From the NCBI GenBank assembly GCA_011109175.1, contig RDEW01000015.1, forward strand, positions 266,310 through 330,309: a stretch of DNA of 64,000 nucleotides, given 5' to 3'. The notes under the pieces are model-generated. The model saw only the letters and a program-made list of their open reading frames with translations. It did not search any database and was not told where the DNA came from. Every line of letters starts with the position of its first letter. Position 1 is the first letter of the stretch. Positions 1 through 12,735 of this stretch are shown here, piece by piece. The position numbers were made by a program, and so were the translations under genes. Source of the DNA: Dicyema japonicum. Lineage: Eukaryota > Animalia > Dicyemida.

Positions 1-1572
1 AGGTGAAAATTCTTGAGGATGAAGAGAGAAATGTGGGAGTCCAAAGCCTTTAGATTGTGCGTGAGCAGCTGTACGGATTCACTCTTCTCCTCCAGGACAG
101 TTGACATGTCATACAGAGGAGATCCGAGGAAAATCGCCTTTTCTAGTCGGGTGACTTTGATGTCCTGGAGGCAAGTAGAAATGGTCGTTATTGCGCGTTC
201 AAAGGTGTCCTCTCCACAGGTCACGTTAATAACTTCGCACTTAGATAGATTCGACTCCAGTCCGAGTCCCGCGAGGGCAGGGATGACGCGTTTAACCTCT
301 TCCACAACAATTTCCCAACTCGCGTCACAAGGTACCATAAGTTCAAAAGAGTTTTGATCGCAGATGATACACAGTCGAGACCCAAAGCAAAGAGTAGAGG
401 GCCAAGTGGGTCTCCTTGTTGGACTCCAGTCTTGGACTTGATGGCATGTTGTCCGAAGATCAGCGTACACGGGAACCATATGAGAGTCTGACCATCCTGC
501 TGATCTCAGGAATCCTAGAGACACTATCTCCTATGATTCTATCCCTTCGGATGCTATTGAATGCATTACGTATGTCCAGTTTGACTATAATTGAATCCTG
601 CGCGTCAGGAGGGCTGGCAACAAAATTCCGGATTGAATGTATTACTGCTTCACATCCATTAGGTACTCCAACTCCGAGTTGGACAGGACTAAGTTCGGCA
701 CTCAAAGTCTTGCTGGCTGCTCTGGCAGCGATCTTCGACGATAGGCGCCTAAGGACGTTACCAATGGCGATGGGTCTTGTCCCGCCGCAAGGCTTCTTGA
801 AGGCTACCAACCTCGAAGCGAAGTTCTCGAGCATACTCCGAGATATGGTTTGTAAGAGCATTCAATGAGACGATGAGGGAATCCCCTGTGTCGACGGTTG
901 TTACAGAGGTGAGGTCTTTTATGTGGCTTGGGCGTAGGCCGTCCAGACCGGCGCCGCTGCTTCCAGGGAATGCACGAATAGCCCATTTAATATCATCAGG
1001 GGTGGCATTTAGTTGTGGCACATCCTTTTGAATTTTCGTGTCACGTAGACAGCTGGTGCGGGCGGATGTTTCTGGACTAACTGGTCTAAGGTTTCTTTGC
1101 TTGGTGAAATAACCTTGTCGCTGCTGGAGAGTGTACGTAGGGCTCCCCGAATGTCCTCGACCATGATATTCTTGTTTATTTCTCTGCGAAGATCCCTTTT
1201 CTTGGTTCTGGATGAAGAGGGTGAGTCAACAGCAGTCGAAATGCTTTCCAGTGTATCCGCCAGGTTGATACTTTCGTATTTAGAAACGTTCCTTTTGATG
1301 ATTGACTTGACATTCCGTTCCTTCAGTTCGGTCGGATGTGATCCGAGGACAAGAGGTGCAAAGCAAAGAAGGCGCATCCAAGCTTCTTGGGTGTTGTCAC
1401 TGACTGCTTTGGTGATTAGTTTTGAGAGACACGTGGCAGCTGCTAGGCGCACTGACTTTGGGATTCTAAGTGGGATAACCCTCTCTGATACAAGCAGGTT
1501 CAGGCGGCGTAAACATTCGTCCGTGTTAGATAGGTCCAGGACTGAACGTATAGGATTAATTGCAGAAAACAT
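1..1572 (-). mobile_element. CRE-clade non-LTR retrotransposon, reverse transcriptase region, frameshifted; continues past the window start
   Basis: Successive minus-strand ORFs 1009-1572, 758-1021 and 460-861 carry CRE-type RT motifs: GAGLDGLRPSHIKDL, GGTRPIAIGNVLRRL, QLGVGVPNGCEAVIH and VKLDIRNAFNSIRR. Confidence 0.85.
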
Positions 1573-3139
1573 TAAAAATTAATGAAATAAAATCGTGTGA
1601 TTGTGGTTATGTACATTATCTAAATTACACAACATAATTAAATATTATTGTGGTTTTTATAATAAAAATTAAGATTACATTTTCCGACTCCCTTAATTTA
1701 TTGTTAGTAAATGTTTCAATACTCCACCTCATAATTGTATGACAAAATCAATATTATAATAAATTCACTACCTTGAAATACACCTTTAATAACCACAGAA
1801 TCAATTTCACACAACATAAATTATGCACTATACTACTTAAGAGTGGACAAAAGGAGGTTCCCCTAAGAATGGTCTGGCCTGTGAATATATCTATGAGTAC
1901 ATCCTCACTTAAGACCACAAATAAGTATGATTTTATACAGCAGATGACAAAGTCAAATATCTATTATAATGAGGTCAAATGGTAAAGTATGAGATTATTA
2001 AGAAGTAAAGGAAAGCATCATTATGTACTCTCATGAAGGATTTCATTGAATAACTCCAAGTAGAGGGAGGAATATTCAAAATAATTATAAAATCCAAGAT
2101 TATACAAAGCAGCAATCACATCATGACTTTTAATAGTCTCACGTGATCCATCTTTGCAGATATCATTAGCCCTAAAATAAACACGTGAACAACTCGCTCA
2201 TAATAAATTCAATAAATTCTGTACATGATTTTTTAATAAGTTCGACATATTGGACTGACACTTTGGCTGAATCAGGGATCATTTTACGAATTATTTTGTC
2301 GATATTACTTTTTTGTAGGAAATGGTCCTGGTGTCTGATTGGGTGAAATGACTGATCCGAGTCTTGGTCTGCAAGTTAATCAGAGTAAAAACCAATTCCA
2401 CAGTTTATGCTTCCATTATTAAAGTCCATTGATCACTCGATATACTCACACTAAAGATTACTTCTTTAAATAACTTAAATTATTAAAATAACATTTAATA
2501 CTGTATTATTTAATTATATTTCTTCCATATTCACCAAACCTCTTCGACACAATTCATTTTGGAAAGCCTCAACGAACCCGGGGACACCTACAGACATTAT
2601 TCGTTGACATCTAAAAGGTATTTTACTCAGCATCGAGAAACTTACTGACGAGAAAAGTTTGCAACACTTCCAATTTTAACCAATGAATAACCAACTCTTC
2701 ACCGGATGAAGGGACTGAGTGTGCATGAACTCATCAAGATCTTGTCTACTCTCAAATGGCGTCCCTTAGGAATTACTATTTTCCCCAGAAATGTTCAACT
2801 TTTTCTTACGCAACTTAATTTTCCCTGGTGGAGCGGATTCAATGCTTCTAACCTACGTTGATGACCCATAATTAGTGCAAACCGAATAAGATTTTTGGAT
2901 ACGGCAAAGTCAGTCTCATCTAAACAATTGGGGGATTGACTGACTTCGTACCGACTTTCCGTATCTCCGGAAAATCAGCATTATAAAATTTTTTTAAGTC
3001 TAGGATCCATTCGTCACAAGAATGTGCTTCCATCTTATACAATCAGCCCCTAAAGCCGACGGTGGAGTACACATGTGCTGGGCTTAATAAATCTTATTCT
3101 CAAGTTACTACACCATAAATTATCTAAGGAAAATAGTCA

Positions 3140-3607
3140 ATCTAACAAACCCTTTATACCAAATTCTTGCCTCCAGAAAGTTCACTCTCTGTGGCATCGA
3201 ATTATTCACTTGTGATATATAAAGTTTGGAGTCGAACTCAATCGGTATCATTACGACACTTTGGTGACTTTCATAGACATGACTAAAAGATTTCGGAAGT
3301 TGAATGTGTTGAAGGCAATTGTAAGAAGAGCCCCCTCCCTCATGGAGTCTCCATCAGAGAGTTGTACCACCAGATCAACATTCAGACGATAGAATACACC
3401 TATTCATCCTTGAAATTTACCTTTTCCTTGTCAAAATCAACTCAATCCAATGGATTATTTTGTGTCTTATTTTTTCGGAGTCCCTCTCTCCTTTCAAATG
3501 ATTCCACAAAAATAATTTCCATGGTTTCCGCAAAGAACCAGGAAATCAATTTAAAATCAAAATCGTCGGCTCTGAAGAATGAGACCCCGTTCAAGTCCCT
3601 CTGCAGA
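3140..3607 (+). repeat. Copy of an unclassified intronless protein-coding repeat family, split by the hAT insertion; continues at about 7848-7950
   Basis: Translates to ...KLNVLKAIVRRAPSLME...FKSLCRH, then after the TSD to MHFRKTVG...LPN. This resembles PLLME, GFLCR.E and LFRKVVG in the copies at 4020, 20890 and 21540. Confidence 0.4.
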
Positions 3608-4019
3608 CATTAGTGCAGGGGTGCCCAACCTTTTTCGCTCACGAGCTACTTTTTATATAGCGATCTGTCTGGTGATCGACTATACATTTTTTGTATTTTA
3701 ATAACAATTTTTTTAATATTAGATTTTATTTAACAAAAAAGAGAACAAGAAACAATCCCGTCAAAAAGGGAGAGAATTTTTATTTTATAATAAAAAATTT
3801 AATGCTATTATTGTCATTGTAATTCTCCTGCAATTATTTCGATTTATGGCTCATATGAGGGGAAAAGTTGATGGCTCTTTTCGTTCCTTTCCTGAATGTA
3901 TGACACTTTTTCGGGTGAGCCACAAGACATCACGTTAAGCACATGTCCAAAGACTAAACTCCACAAAATCAATTCTATATACCTAAAAACTATATTTATG
4001 GTGGTTTTCATTCTGGATC

Positions 4020-4335
4020 TGTGGTTAATTTGTCACACGCAGAAGCTGCGACCCGTAGTCGCGTAACCGGATTCCCTCGGGTCTGGAAGGAGGAAGGAAC
4101 CCCGCTTAGCTTGTCCTTTTCCAATGCGAAAGAAAGTCGATCGGTGATGAAGTTCTCCTCCACAATTGGATTCTTCTGCAGGGGTGAGATAAAGTTCTTT
4201 CAAACAGTATTGGGAAAAATAGGAGTTGAGAGAGGTTGGATGGCTCATTCGATTGATGGAACTTGGATTATCTAACTATCTGACGTTTTTCTGTCTTTCT
4301 TTCTCAGTGATCATGGGGTTCTAAATAAATATAGA
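4020..4335 (+). repeat. Unclassified repeat family, 3' end
   Basis: ORF 4021-4275 (EAATRSRVTGF...KFSSTIGFFCRGE...GTWII*) is followed by the tail GTGATCATGGGGTTCTAAATAAATA, which is shared with the copy at 21540-21870. Confidence 0.6.
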
Positions 4336-4736
4336 TATCTTTGTAAATCTACAAAAATTCTTTTTGACTATGGGTTTTTTTTTAAGTTTGTTTGTGAACA
4401 GATAGTGCTCCGAATTTGGTTGGACAAAATGCTGTTGTTGCTACCAACTACGAGCTGAAATAGAAAAAAATCATTGCTTGTTTTGGGTCAAAATATGTGA
4501 ACAGTTTTTTCATTTATAAAATTAAAAAAACTGCTCAAATAACAATTCTCATTAATAAAAAATTTATCCACTTTAATAAAAGTTGGAACTACAAAAATAG
4601 CTGAGCTCAACATATCAAAAATTGTATCCAAAAAGATGTCAATCCTCTGGAAGTAGCCAAAATTAAAGGGTGGTTTTTCGTTATAATAAATAAATATTTT
4701 CTTAAAAAATTAATATATAAAACTAAATTTACCTTG

Positions 4737-4990
4737 ATAAGGGCAAAGGAGAAGAAATACGAAGTGCTACGCGACCGATTCGCGATCTACCCCATTATTG
4801 TTGAGACAACTGGAGGAATATGTGGGAAATCGTTTCGTTTCCTAAGAGGCTTGGACTACACTAAAAAGCCACGACGCACGTGAGACCCGGTGGCTTCTCC
4901 AGATGATCTCTGTTGGAATCGTAAGAGGCAACGTCAGTAATGTCGGCTGGGACCACATTTGATGGATCCCAGTGTTAATTAATTGATTAT
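4737..4990 (+). mobile_element. 5'-truncated CRE-like retrotransposon 3' end (restriction-like endonuclease C-terminus)
   Basis: Translates to KEKKYEVLRDRFAIYPIIVETTGGICG...WLLQMISVGIVRGN, the KY..F.P..ET.G...Q.IS..I.RGN pattern of CRE RLE domains. Confidence 0.7.
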
Positions 4991-5089
4991 TAGTTTGTTA
5001 ACGGTAATAAGTCGAATAATAACAAAAACTTGTTGAAAACTTATAGAAGAACCCTTAGCCCACCGCAAAAAACGGATCACAGTTCTTCA

Positions 5090-7700
5090 ACTAAATATCA
5101 ATGGAGTAAGGGGCAAAATATTAGAACTGCGCTCTCTCCTGGCGGAGCTGATGATCGACGTGGCTTTGATACAAGAGACGAAACTGCCTATAAACAGTCC
5201 TACCCCGGTGTTCCCTGGATACAAGTCAATACGGACTGACCGAGAGAAGAATCGGGGTGGTAGCCTACTCATTTTATATCGGAAAGACCTTAAATGTGTG
5301 GACATCACTTCAGTGAAGAATATCTTGGAAGACAACGATGTTACTGAAGTCAATGCAGTCTCACTTGGAACAACAAATGGAAAAATTACCTTTGTGAACG
5401 TCTATGTGCCACCACCTGGTTCTTGCCCGAAGCACATCACTATGCCTAATTTATCTAATTTGGCTTTCTTGAACGACGTGATCATTGGGGGTATCAACGC
5501 CAAACACCCTCTATAACTGGCAAGTCAACCGTCCGAATCAAGAGAAAAAGTAATATTTTCGCAGACAGGACCTTTCACGGTCATGAATGACCCGTCAAAA
5601 CATACGAGAACCCCCTTCAGGGAGTCAGACCAACTAACTTCTTCAGACATCACGCTTTGTTCTCCCTGCCTGGCGGCAATATCGACTTGGTCAGTCACTT
5701 ACAACTCAAGAAGTGACCATAATGCGATCCTTTCGAAGATCAAAGAGAAACGTCAACTAGGAAGAGGTCCCAGAACAATTCAACTACAAACACGCAGACT
5801 GGAGACTTTACCGTACACTTACTGACAGCCTATGCAGTACCTGGATGGCATTACTTCCATGGACAAAATAGTCGCTTATGTAAACCGCACTATCTTGGAT
5901 ACGAAATCACTATCTGTACCTAAAACCACCTTAACTACACCAGGGGATATGGCAGGTCGACATTAACCAAGGAAAGAAACAAACTCAAAAAGTCTGGCCG
6001 ATTAACTACTGAGGATAAATTTAGACTGAAGGTTTTGAACGATGAACTAAAAAACAGGAAGGTAAAAGCACAAATATCAAGATGGAAGCATGTGTTCTCC
6101 TCGTTGAATAGAAATAGACCCACTACTGAAATTTAGAAGACCGTCTGAGACGAATCAGAGAGGATGAAAGATCGTCCGAGGTGGATCACAACCAAAAGGA
6201 CTTAAACAACCTAATAAAATACTATGTGAAAAAATCACATAAAGACCATGAGAAGTCGGATGTACCCCGAAACATCTCAGTAGACCGAAAAAGGTTCACT
6301 TCACTGAAAACGACGTGAGATATGCATTGAAAGCCATTAAAACAACCTATTCTAACGGACCGGATAAGATCCCAATGATCCTTCTAAAGAATCTTGGATA
6401 CTATGGAATCGCTGCATTACCGAGGATATTCAACCACTCTATTAACAAAAATTATATTCCATCCTTATGGAAGCTTGCTCACCTACGTCCAATTTTGAAA
6501 CCCGGTAAAGTGAAGAAGGACCAGCTTCATACAGGTCGTGTTATTGTGTTCGGTTTCGAAAATTCTGGAAAGGCTGGTTCTTGCGAAAATCAAAAATTTC
6601 CTCCCGGATTTGTCATTTCAACATGGTTTTAAAAAGGAGAGGTCTACTTCGATTCACTGCATTGACTAACTTTATACGATATGGTTTCTCGCACAGGCCG
6701 GGACACATGAAGACTGTACTTTGCTCCATAGACGTCCACGAAGTTTTCGACTCTGTGTCAAGAGGATTCTTACTTGGAAAATTTACCAAACAAAGATCTC
6801 TGGAAAGCTCAAACTCTGGCTAGCTAACTTCCTTAGTGGTCGGAGGGGACGCGTCTGCATTGGCCAGTCAAGGTCTATTTCACGGCTTCTCCTAATGGGG
6901 TTCCCCAAGGATCTCACATTGTCTCCAGTTTTATTCAACATATTCATGGCGGACCTCCCCACTCCAGACTCCGAAAATGATATTATTCTAACTTATGCCG
7001 ACGACATCTTCATTGCGTCACGCGATCAGGACATCCAGATTGCCACTTGAAATTGCAAGAAAATCTGGACCGTCTTGACAAATGGCTATCGAAGAATCGC
7101 CTAACTACTAGCAGTGAGAAGTCCGTCACAACCCTATTTACTTCAGACAAAAGACTGGGAAGACGGACGGTAGAACTGAAGGCAAACAATGAAGCTATTC
7201 CTTTCAGAAAATCCCTAAGGATCCTTGGGGTGACTTTGAAAATGCATATGTCATTGTTGAAAACGTAATTACGAATTGCGAAAAGAAAACTAATTTTCTG
7301 AAATGCCTCACAGGCTTATGGAAGATCAAAAAGCATTTTGTTTTGAGCTCTATATATAAACAATTCATTGAACCATGCATCTCTTATACATGTGGTATAT
7401 GGGGCCCACTCATCTCTTGGACAAATGTCTTGAAGATCGAGGCTAGCCTGAAAAGAGCCTCCAAAATCACAGAACGCTGAATTTCTGGAGAGTTCCAGCC
7501 ACCAATGCCTCTTGAAGCCTTGATACGAATAAACCATGGAACGCGCCGTCGTGACTGCAAAGGTCCAGTCACTCGACCGATACGTGCTTGTGTCGAGGAG
7601 CATCGGGCCAAGATTAGGTCCCTGCTAGAGCGTGCTGGGATCACGTGATTAGTTAGTTTGTGTAACCGTGGTCTCTGGTGTTATATTATTAGTTAGATAT
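5090..7700 (+). mobile_element. Degenerate APE-RT LINE (I/Jockey-like)
   Basis: APE motifs LQLNINGV, DVALIQETK, VNVYVPP, IIGG.NAKHP and SDHN. RT motifs GPDKIP, QGSHLSPVLFNIFMAD-like and YADDI. Many frameshifts. Same family as 48664-51100. Confidence 0.85.
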
Positions 7701-8623
7701 TTTTGCCAGTTGTTCTTTCATAAATATAATAGCAAATAATTCTTCCTTGACAGTTAAATCATGGAAAATTAAACGGGAAAATACACGATATCAATCGTTA
7801 AAAATCAATCGATTGCGATCTACTGGTTGGCCACTCCTGCATTAGTGAATGCACTTCCGGAAAACAGTGGGATTCCTGTGGTAGACCATTCAAGGATAGT
7901 CCGTAAATTGTCATAAGTTGAGTTTACCTAATTAGTGATTTTTAGCATTTTCATTGTCGGTGGTCTTAAGATTTAGCGATCAAAATGAGACATATCTAAT
8001 TGCCTCGGACGACATGTCACATTATTACCACTTAAATGCATACACGGGAACCAACTCATTAAACACTATGCTTTATTCAATTATGAGGACTTGTATAAGT
8101 ATGGGGCCTCACCATATAAAACCAAAACTCATGACCCTCACTCCCTTTCAAATGTTAAGATAATTGCCTCAATCCTCGATAATTATGATGTGACCCCTAC
8201 AAAATCTCTGATTCACCATTATCCATTTATGCTCCTGGGCTATGAAGGTGATCACATACCTATTAAACTATTCAGCTAACATACACACAATTATAAAAAT
8301 TAGAATTCATTGTTAACCATAATTATAAAATCCAGAAAGCCGAAAGACGTCTCTCTTCAACACATTGTAAAAATAACCTTCGCTCTTTTAAGCCTGAATT
8401 AGTAATCTGTACTGATACTGTTCTACAGACGAGATCAAAATCCACTAAAGTGGATATTCAACCCCGGAAAAACTGAAAAGAAATTATCAATGTCAAGTTG
8501 GACCATTTGAGACTGGTGGACTACACGACCACATATCAAGGAGATTACCTTACTAGCAAGTCTGACAAGTATATATTAACTTGTATTTTACTTTTAATAT
8601 CATTTTATACATTGACTTATTAA

Positions 8624-10418
8624 TAGGGCGAACTAAGTTAAAAAAGTTAAAATTTAATAATAGTAAATAAATAAATGGTTTGACGAGTGACGCCGTCATC
8701 AGTGGATACTCACTGCGGAACTGGATTGTCTAGAAAGGACCTACACACAAGAAAAAGAAAAAAAGAAGTGAAGATCTTGGTTCTACGATTAGTTAAAATT
8801 AACTGTTCTTTACTTAAATAAAGTGTGTGTCTTGCCTATGCGGAGCTATAGATATTATGGCTCTCGTGAAAAGGCTAAAAAAATAAAAAAAATAAAAATA
8901 ATCATTAAAAATGATTTTTTAACTAAATTTTATTATAGATAAATGTATATTAAACAAAATTATTAGGTTAAAAAGTTAAAATATTAATTTATTAAATTAA
9001 CTATTAATAATATATTTTTTCCCATCGAGCCTCATAAAAACATCAAAATTCATTGAGTTTTGCAAAATAACAATTATTTTTTGTGGATTATCTGACCGAA
9101 TCGCACCAAACACACATTGACCAATATTCCAAAAATGATGATTGGGCTCTACAAGTAACCAGATCATTTATGAAATCTGATATTCCACTAAACAAACTAT
9201 CATGGCTTAGAGAATTGTTTTACAGAGGCTCTGTACGAGTTCCCTCACCATCAAAAGTTAGAAGCTGTGTAGATCAAATCATAATGGATCAAAAATTGTT
9301 AATTCAACAAAAACTTGTGTATAAAAATTTACTTTATTTTGTAGCAATCAAAAAGTTTTCGCTATTACGGATGAAACAAAAATCCGGGGCCAAAGATACG
9401 TTGCTGTGATGATTGGATCGTTAAATTCTCCTGAAACAACATATCTGATATCGTTTAAGGCGATAGAATCTGCTCCTAACAAGAACATCATTACTCAGAT
9501 AGTCGACGATGCACTTGGAAATAATTTGGTTCAAAGGAAAAATTTCATTTTGTTAATTTCGGATGCTGCAAATTATATGAAATCAGGTAAATTTTATGTT
9601 TTAGCTGACAAAATACTTAAAAATCTTTACCCCAAGTTATTCCATGTCACATGTGCCTCCATTACACAATTGTTGTGAGAAAATAAGAGACTCTTACCGG
9701 AAATTGAGTTGATGATAGCTACTGTACAAGCAGAAATTAACAAAACAATAGAAGAAAACTAATATTAAAAACAGAAACATCGCCATTCCACCTCGTGTGC
9801 ATTTGACAATATGGGGGACCTGGCTTAAGGCCGCTACATACTATTCAGAAAATCTGATCGGAGTACAAACTATTTTTGAATCATTCGCGGATGATGGATA
9901 TCTAGTTCGAACAGCCAAAGAAAGTCTCAAAACCATGTGTTAGTGAGCATTCTATGTGACCTTATCCGAAGCTATTCAAAAATTCCAGGTTTCCAAGTAA
10001 TGTCGTATTGCAGATATTATTACGAAATTCGAAAGTACGCGCTTCACAATTGAACAGGCATATGATTGTTTAGAATCGTTGGAATTTGGAAATGACAACA
10101 AATTTATTAAAGAATACATAATTAAAGGCTTAAAAAACTGATATTTGAACATAATTAAAATAACTAATTCACACATATCTCTTGCCGAGTATTCATTACT
10201 CCTGAATTGTCAGCCAACTTCGTGCTCGGTTGAACGATGTTTCTGAGATAAAGAATTTTCTAAGATCCAACGAAATGTTCTACCAGAAAATTATGTAATT
10301 TGTATGTGTAACAAAAAGTTTTAGTGTTTTTATTGTTTAGTTATAAATTTAAATTTTTTGGGTTAATTTATCAGTTTTTAGGTTAAATTTTTTATTTTTT
10401 AGGTTAAAAAATCGCCCT
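8624..10418 (+). mobile_element. Degenerate hAT-like DNA transposon (CGGBP1-like transposase)
   Basis: Broken ORFs 9083-10290 (DIPLNKL, LLISDAANYM, LFHVTC, QPTSCSVERCF). Short inverted ends AGGGCGA / TCGCCCT. No convincing TSD. Confidence 0.6.
8673..8876 (+). mobile_element. 5'-truncated copy of the tRNA-derived SINE
   Basis: Near-identical to the 3' part of 34495-34828 (GGTTTGACGAGTGACGCCGTCATCAG...GGCTCTCGTGAAAAGGCT). Confidence 0.85.
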
Positions 10419-11950
10419 CGTTATAAGTATTATGGGTCTTGTGAAATTGCTTACAATATTATAATACTTGATGGTTACATCATTAATAATTTATGTACGT
10501 ACAAAAATAATTATTTTAGGGTGTCCTGACCATTTACGTCACTTTCCAATCGATAAGTTTGGATAAGGGATTTTTTGGATAAAATAACTTCTTAAAACTA
10601 ATCAAGTTAAAAATAACATTTTATAAAATCCAATTTCATTCATGGTGGTGACAGTAGAACGAAACTTACCGCAGAACAAAAACAACACGTTAAGTGTTGG
10701 GTAGATGATTAATCTAAATATTGGTTTTCATAACAGTTGGCCACATCACAACTTTTTTGTTTTTTACCCTTAAAAAATTATCTGTTATTGAATGGGAAAG
10801 TGCCGCTAATGGTCTGGAAACCCTATAAAATAGGAGATCTGATGGATGTTCGCGGATATCTTGAATGAAGGAAATTGCAATGTCGTGTGAATATAAAACG
10901 AAAATAATTCATTATATTGGGGATCGATACCATTAATATTTAGTTAACACTAGATTATATATGAACTCTATAAGAACAAAATCGGCTTCGTGGTTGTCCT
11001 CCTCCTTGATGACTAAAAGATCTCTCTGTTGAACCGGAAGGACCCCTATACCAAATTTCTCGATATATGTCTCAAGATAGACTGTCGAATTATTCTAATT
11101 GACCTTATAATGAAGTGAAGATATCGGAGATACACTCTGCCATGAGAGAATGCATAAACAGTACTTAATGTAAAAATGAAATCATTTGGGGTCTATAAGA
11201 CTATTTGAAGATCTCCAAATACTATTCTAAAATACTCTAAGGATATATTCCACAGAATTGGAATCTACCAATAATCAATATGACTCCTAAACAAAAGAAA
11301 CCAAGAATACATTTATTGTATTGGCAGATAAAGCAGAATGGGAGATCTATATACCAAAAAGACAAACGAAATGTGTATTTCTAATATTAACAAGTTCCTC
11401 TAATCGAATTGTACTCTACTTAGTGGTAACAACAGTAATCTCTCATTTTACTTAGAATCCTGATTGGATTTCAGGGAAGATATTGTAATGAGAAAAAATA
11501 AAACGTGTCTCCTCAAACTGAGAATTGGAAGTAAAACTATCTTTCAGAGAATTATCTTCCTTTCTCTCATCCACGGATATGAGTGATGGTTTTTCTAAGC
11601 GAACAAGGATAGAATCATATCAATTCTGGGAAAAAACGAGGAGTGCGTCTATTAAATTAGCTCTTCACGTGAGGTCAGATCCGGATTTAATCAAAGAGAA
11701 TAGCCAAAAATAGCCCTTCTCAACATTGCAGCAAATAAGCAGCTAACAAACCGTTAAAGTAAAATGACATGTAGGTTTGCTACCGTAAAGATACAATTTG
11801 ATGTTGCTTTGGTAATTAACCCCTTAAATTCAATTGTTCGATTACCAAAACTGCAATTCGATAATAAAATTTGTTCTCAACATTACAGGTGGTGACAAAC
11901 AGTCAATTGAGATATTAATCCATTAATAATAAAAAATTAAATTATTTGAG

Positions 11951-12475
11951 TTAGAATTTACACTGCTTTTTTGAATTTCTTAAATACCGACAATACTTGA
12001 GCAGTTGGAAGTCCTCCAAGGTCACAGATTTTGACCTCGGAGCATCATTGTACTTTATCACTGTTTTCGGACAGTCCCCTATATTCGGCATGATAAATCG
12101 TGGAGGAGCTAAAAGTAACTCTTCTTTCGATTTTGGCGTATCACAGGCTACAGGCAAACTCTCAGAAATGGGTATTCTCTCCTTATTCTGCGGTGGAATA
12201 TCTTCTTTCCTGTAAATTTATATATTAAAATATGCCATTCTTCAGAGTCCGAGAACAGTCCAATTGATCGACGGATCGCTTCATTCAATTCGTTTCGAGA
12301 CTGTTTTAGAATGCTTGATTCTAGTTCAAAGGATTCCCTTAAAAGGACTAATCCCAATTATTTTATGATAACCTGGCTTTTCAGGTTTTTTACTTTTTTT
12401 GACTGGGATTTTATTGCCTTAAAGTTATCATCAAGTGAACTATAATAATAATCTAAAATACCCTTGTAATTCCAT
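11951..12475 (-). CDS. Hypothetical multi-exon protein ending ...FQLLKYCRYLRNSKKQCKF; 5' exons uncertain
   Basis: ORFs 12148-12357 and 11951-12157 join in frame through a 26-nt GC-AG intron. An upstream ATG and a 22-nt GT-AG intron are present, but one junction is unresolved. No recognised homolog. Confidence 0.4.
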
Positions 12476-12509
12476 TTAACAATATCGTAGTTTATACTTT
12501 TATAGATGA

Positions 12510-12735
12510 CGCTACATTGGATGTACTGTAATGTGACCTCATTTCCTTACAAGTCCGCATTCACAAACGCTGCTGATTGGGAATTGGGGTCACCTAACTT
12601 TGTCTTTCCTTTTCCGTGACTTCAACTTTGCATTGGATGCACTGTAATGTGACCCCATTTCCTTATTTTACTACAAGTCCGCATTCACAGACGCTGCTGA
12701 TTGGGAACTAGGGTCACATAATTTTGTCTTTCTTT
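12510..12735. repeat. Two tandem ~110-bp units, each containing a hairpin
   Basis: Unit CATTGGATG.ACTGTAATGTGACC...AAGTCCGCATTCAC..ACGCTGCTGATTGGGAA...GGTCAC occurs twice. Unit 2 has a perfect ATGTGACC/GGTCACAT stem (12647-12654 / 12712-12719). Confidence 0.75.

Larger units (their letters stand above)
3616..7839. mobile_element. Non-autonomous hAT (SPIN/Charlie-like) element carrying nested retroelement fragments
   Basis: TIRs CAGGGGTGCCCAACC (3616) and GGTTGGCCACTCCTG (7825-7839) match at 13/15. Perfect 8-bp TSD CATTAGTG at 3608-3615 and 7840-7847. The first ~200 bp closely resemble 57909-58110. Confidence 0.9.

Noticed and set aside
13-1582. Plus-strand ORFs 13-357, 416-868 and 1097-1582
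   Set aside because: They are antisense shadows of the CRE RT on the minus strand.
7985-8279. ~95-codon open frame after the hAT
   Set aside because: No start codon, splice structure or recognisable motif could be established.
8616-10427. TSD for the 8624-10418 hAT-like element
   Set aside because: The flanks CTTATTAA and GTTATAAG do not match, so the boundaries are only approximate.
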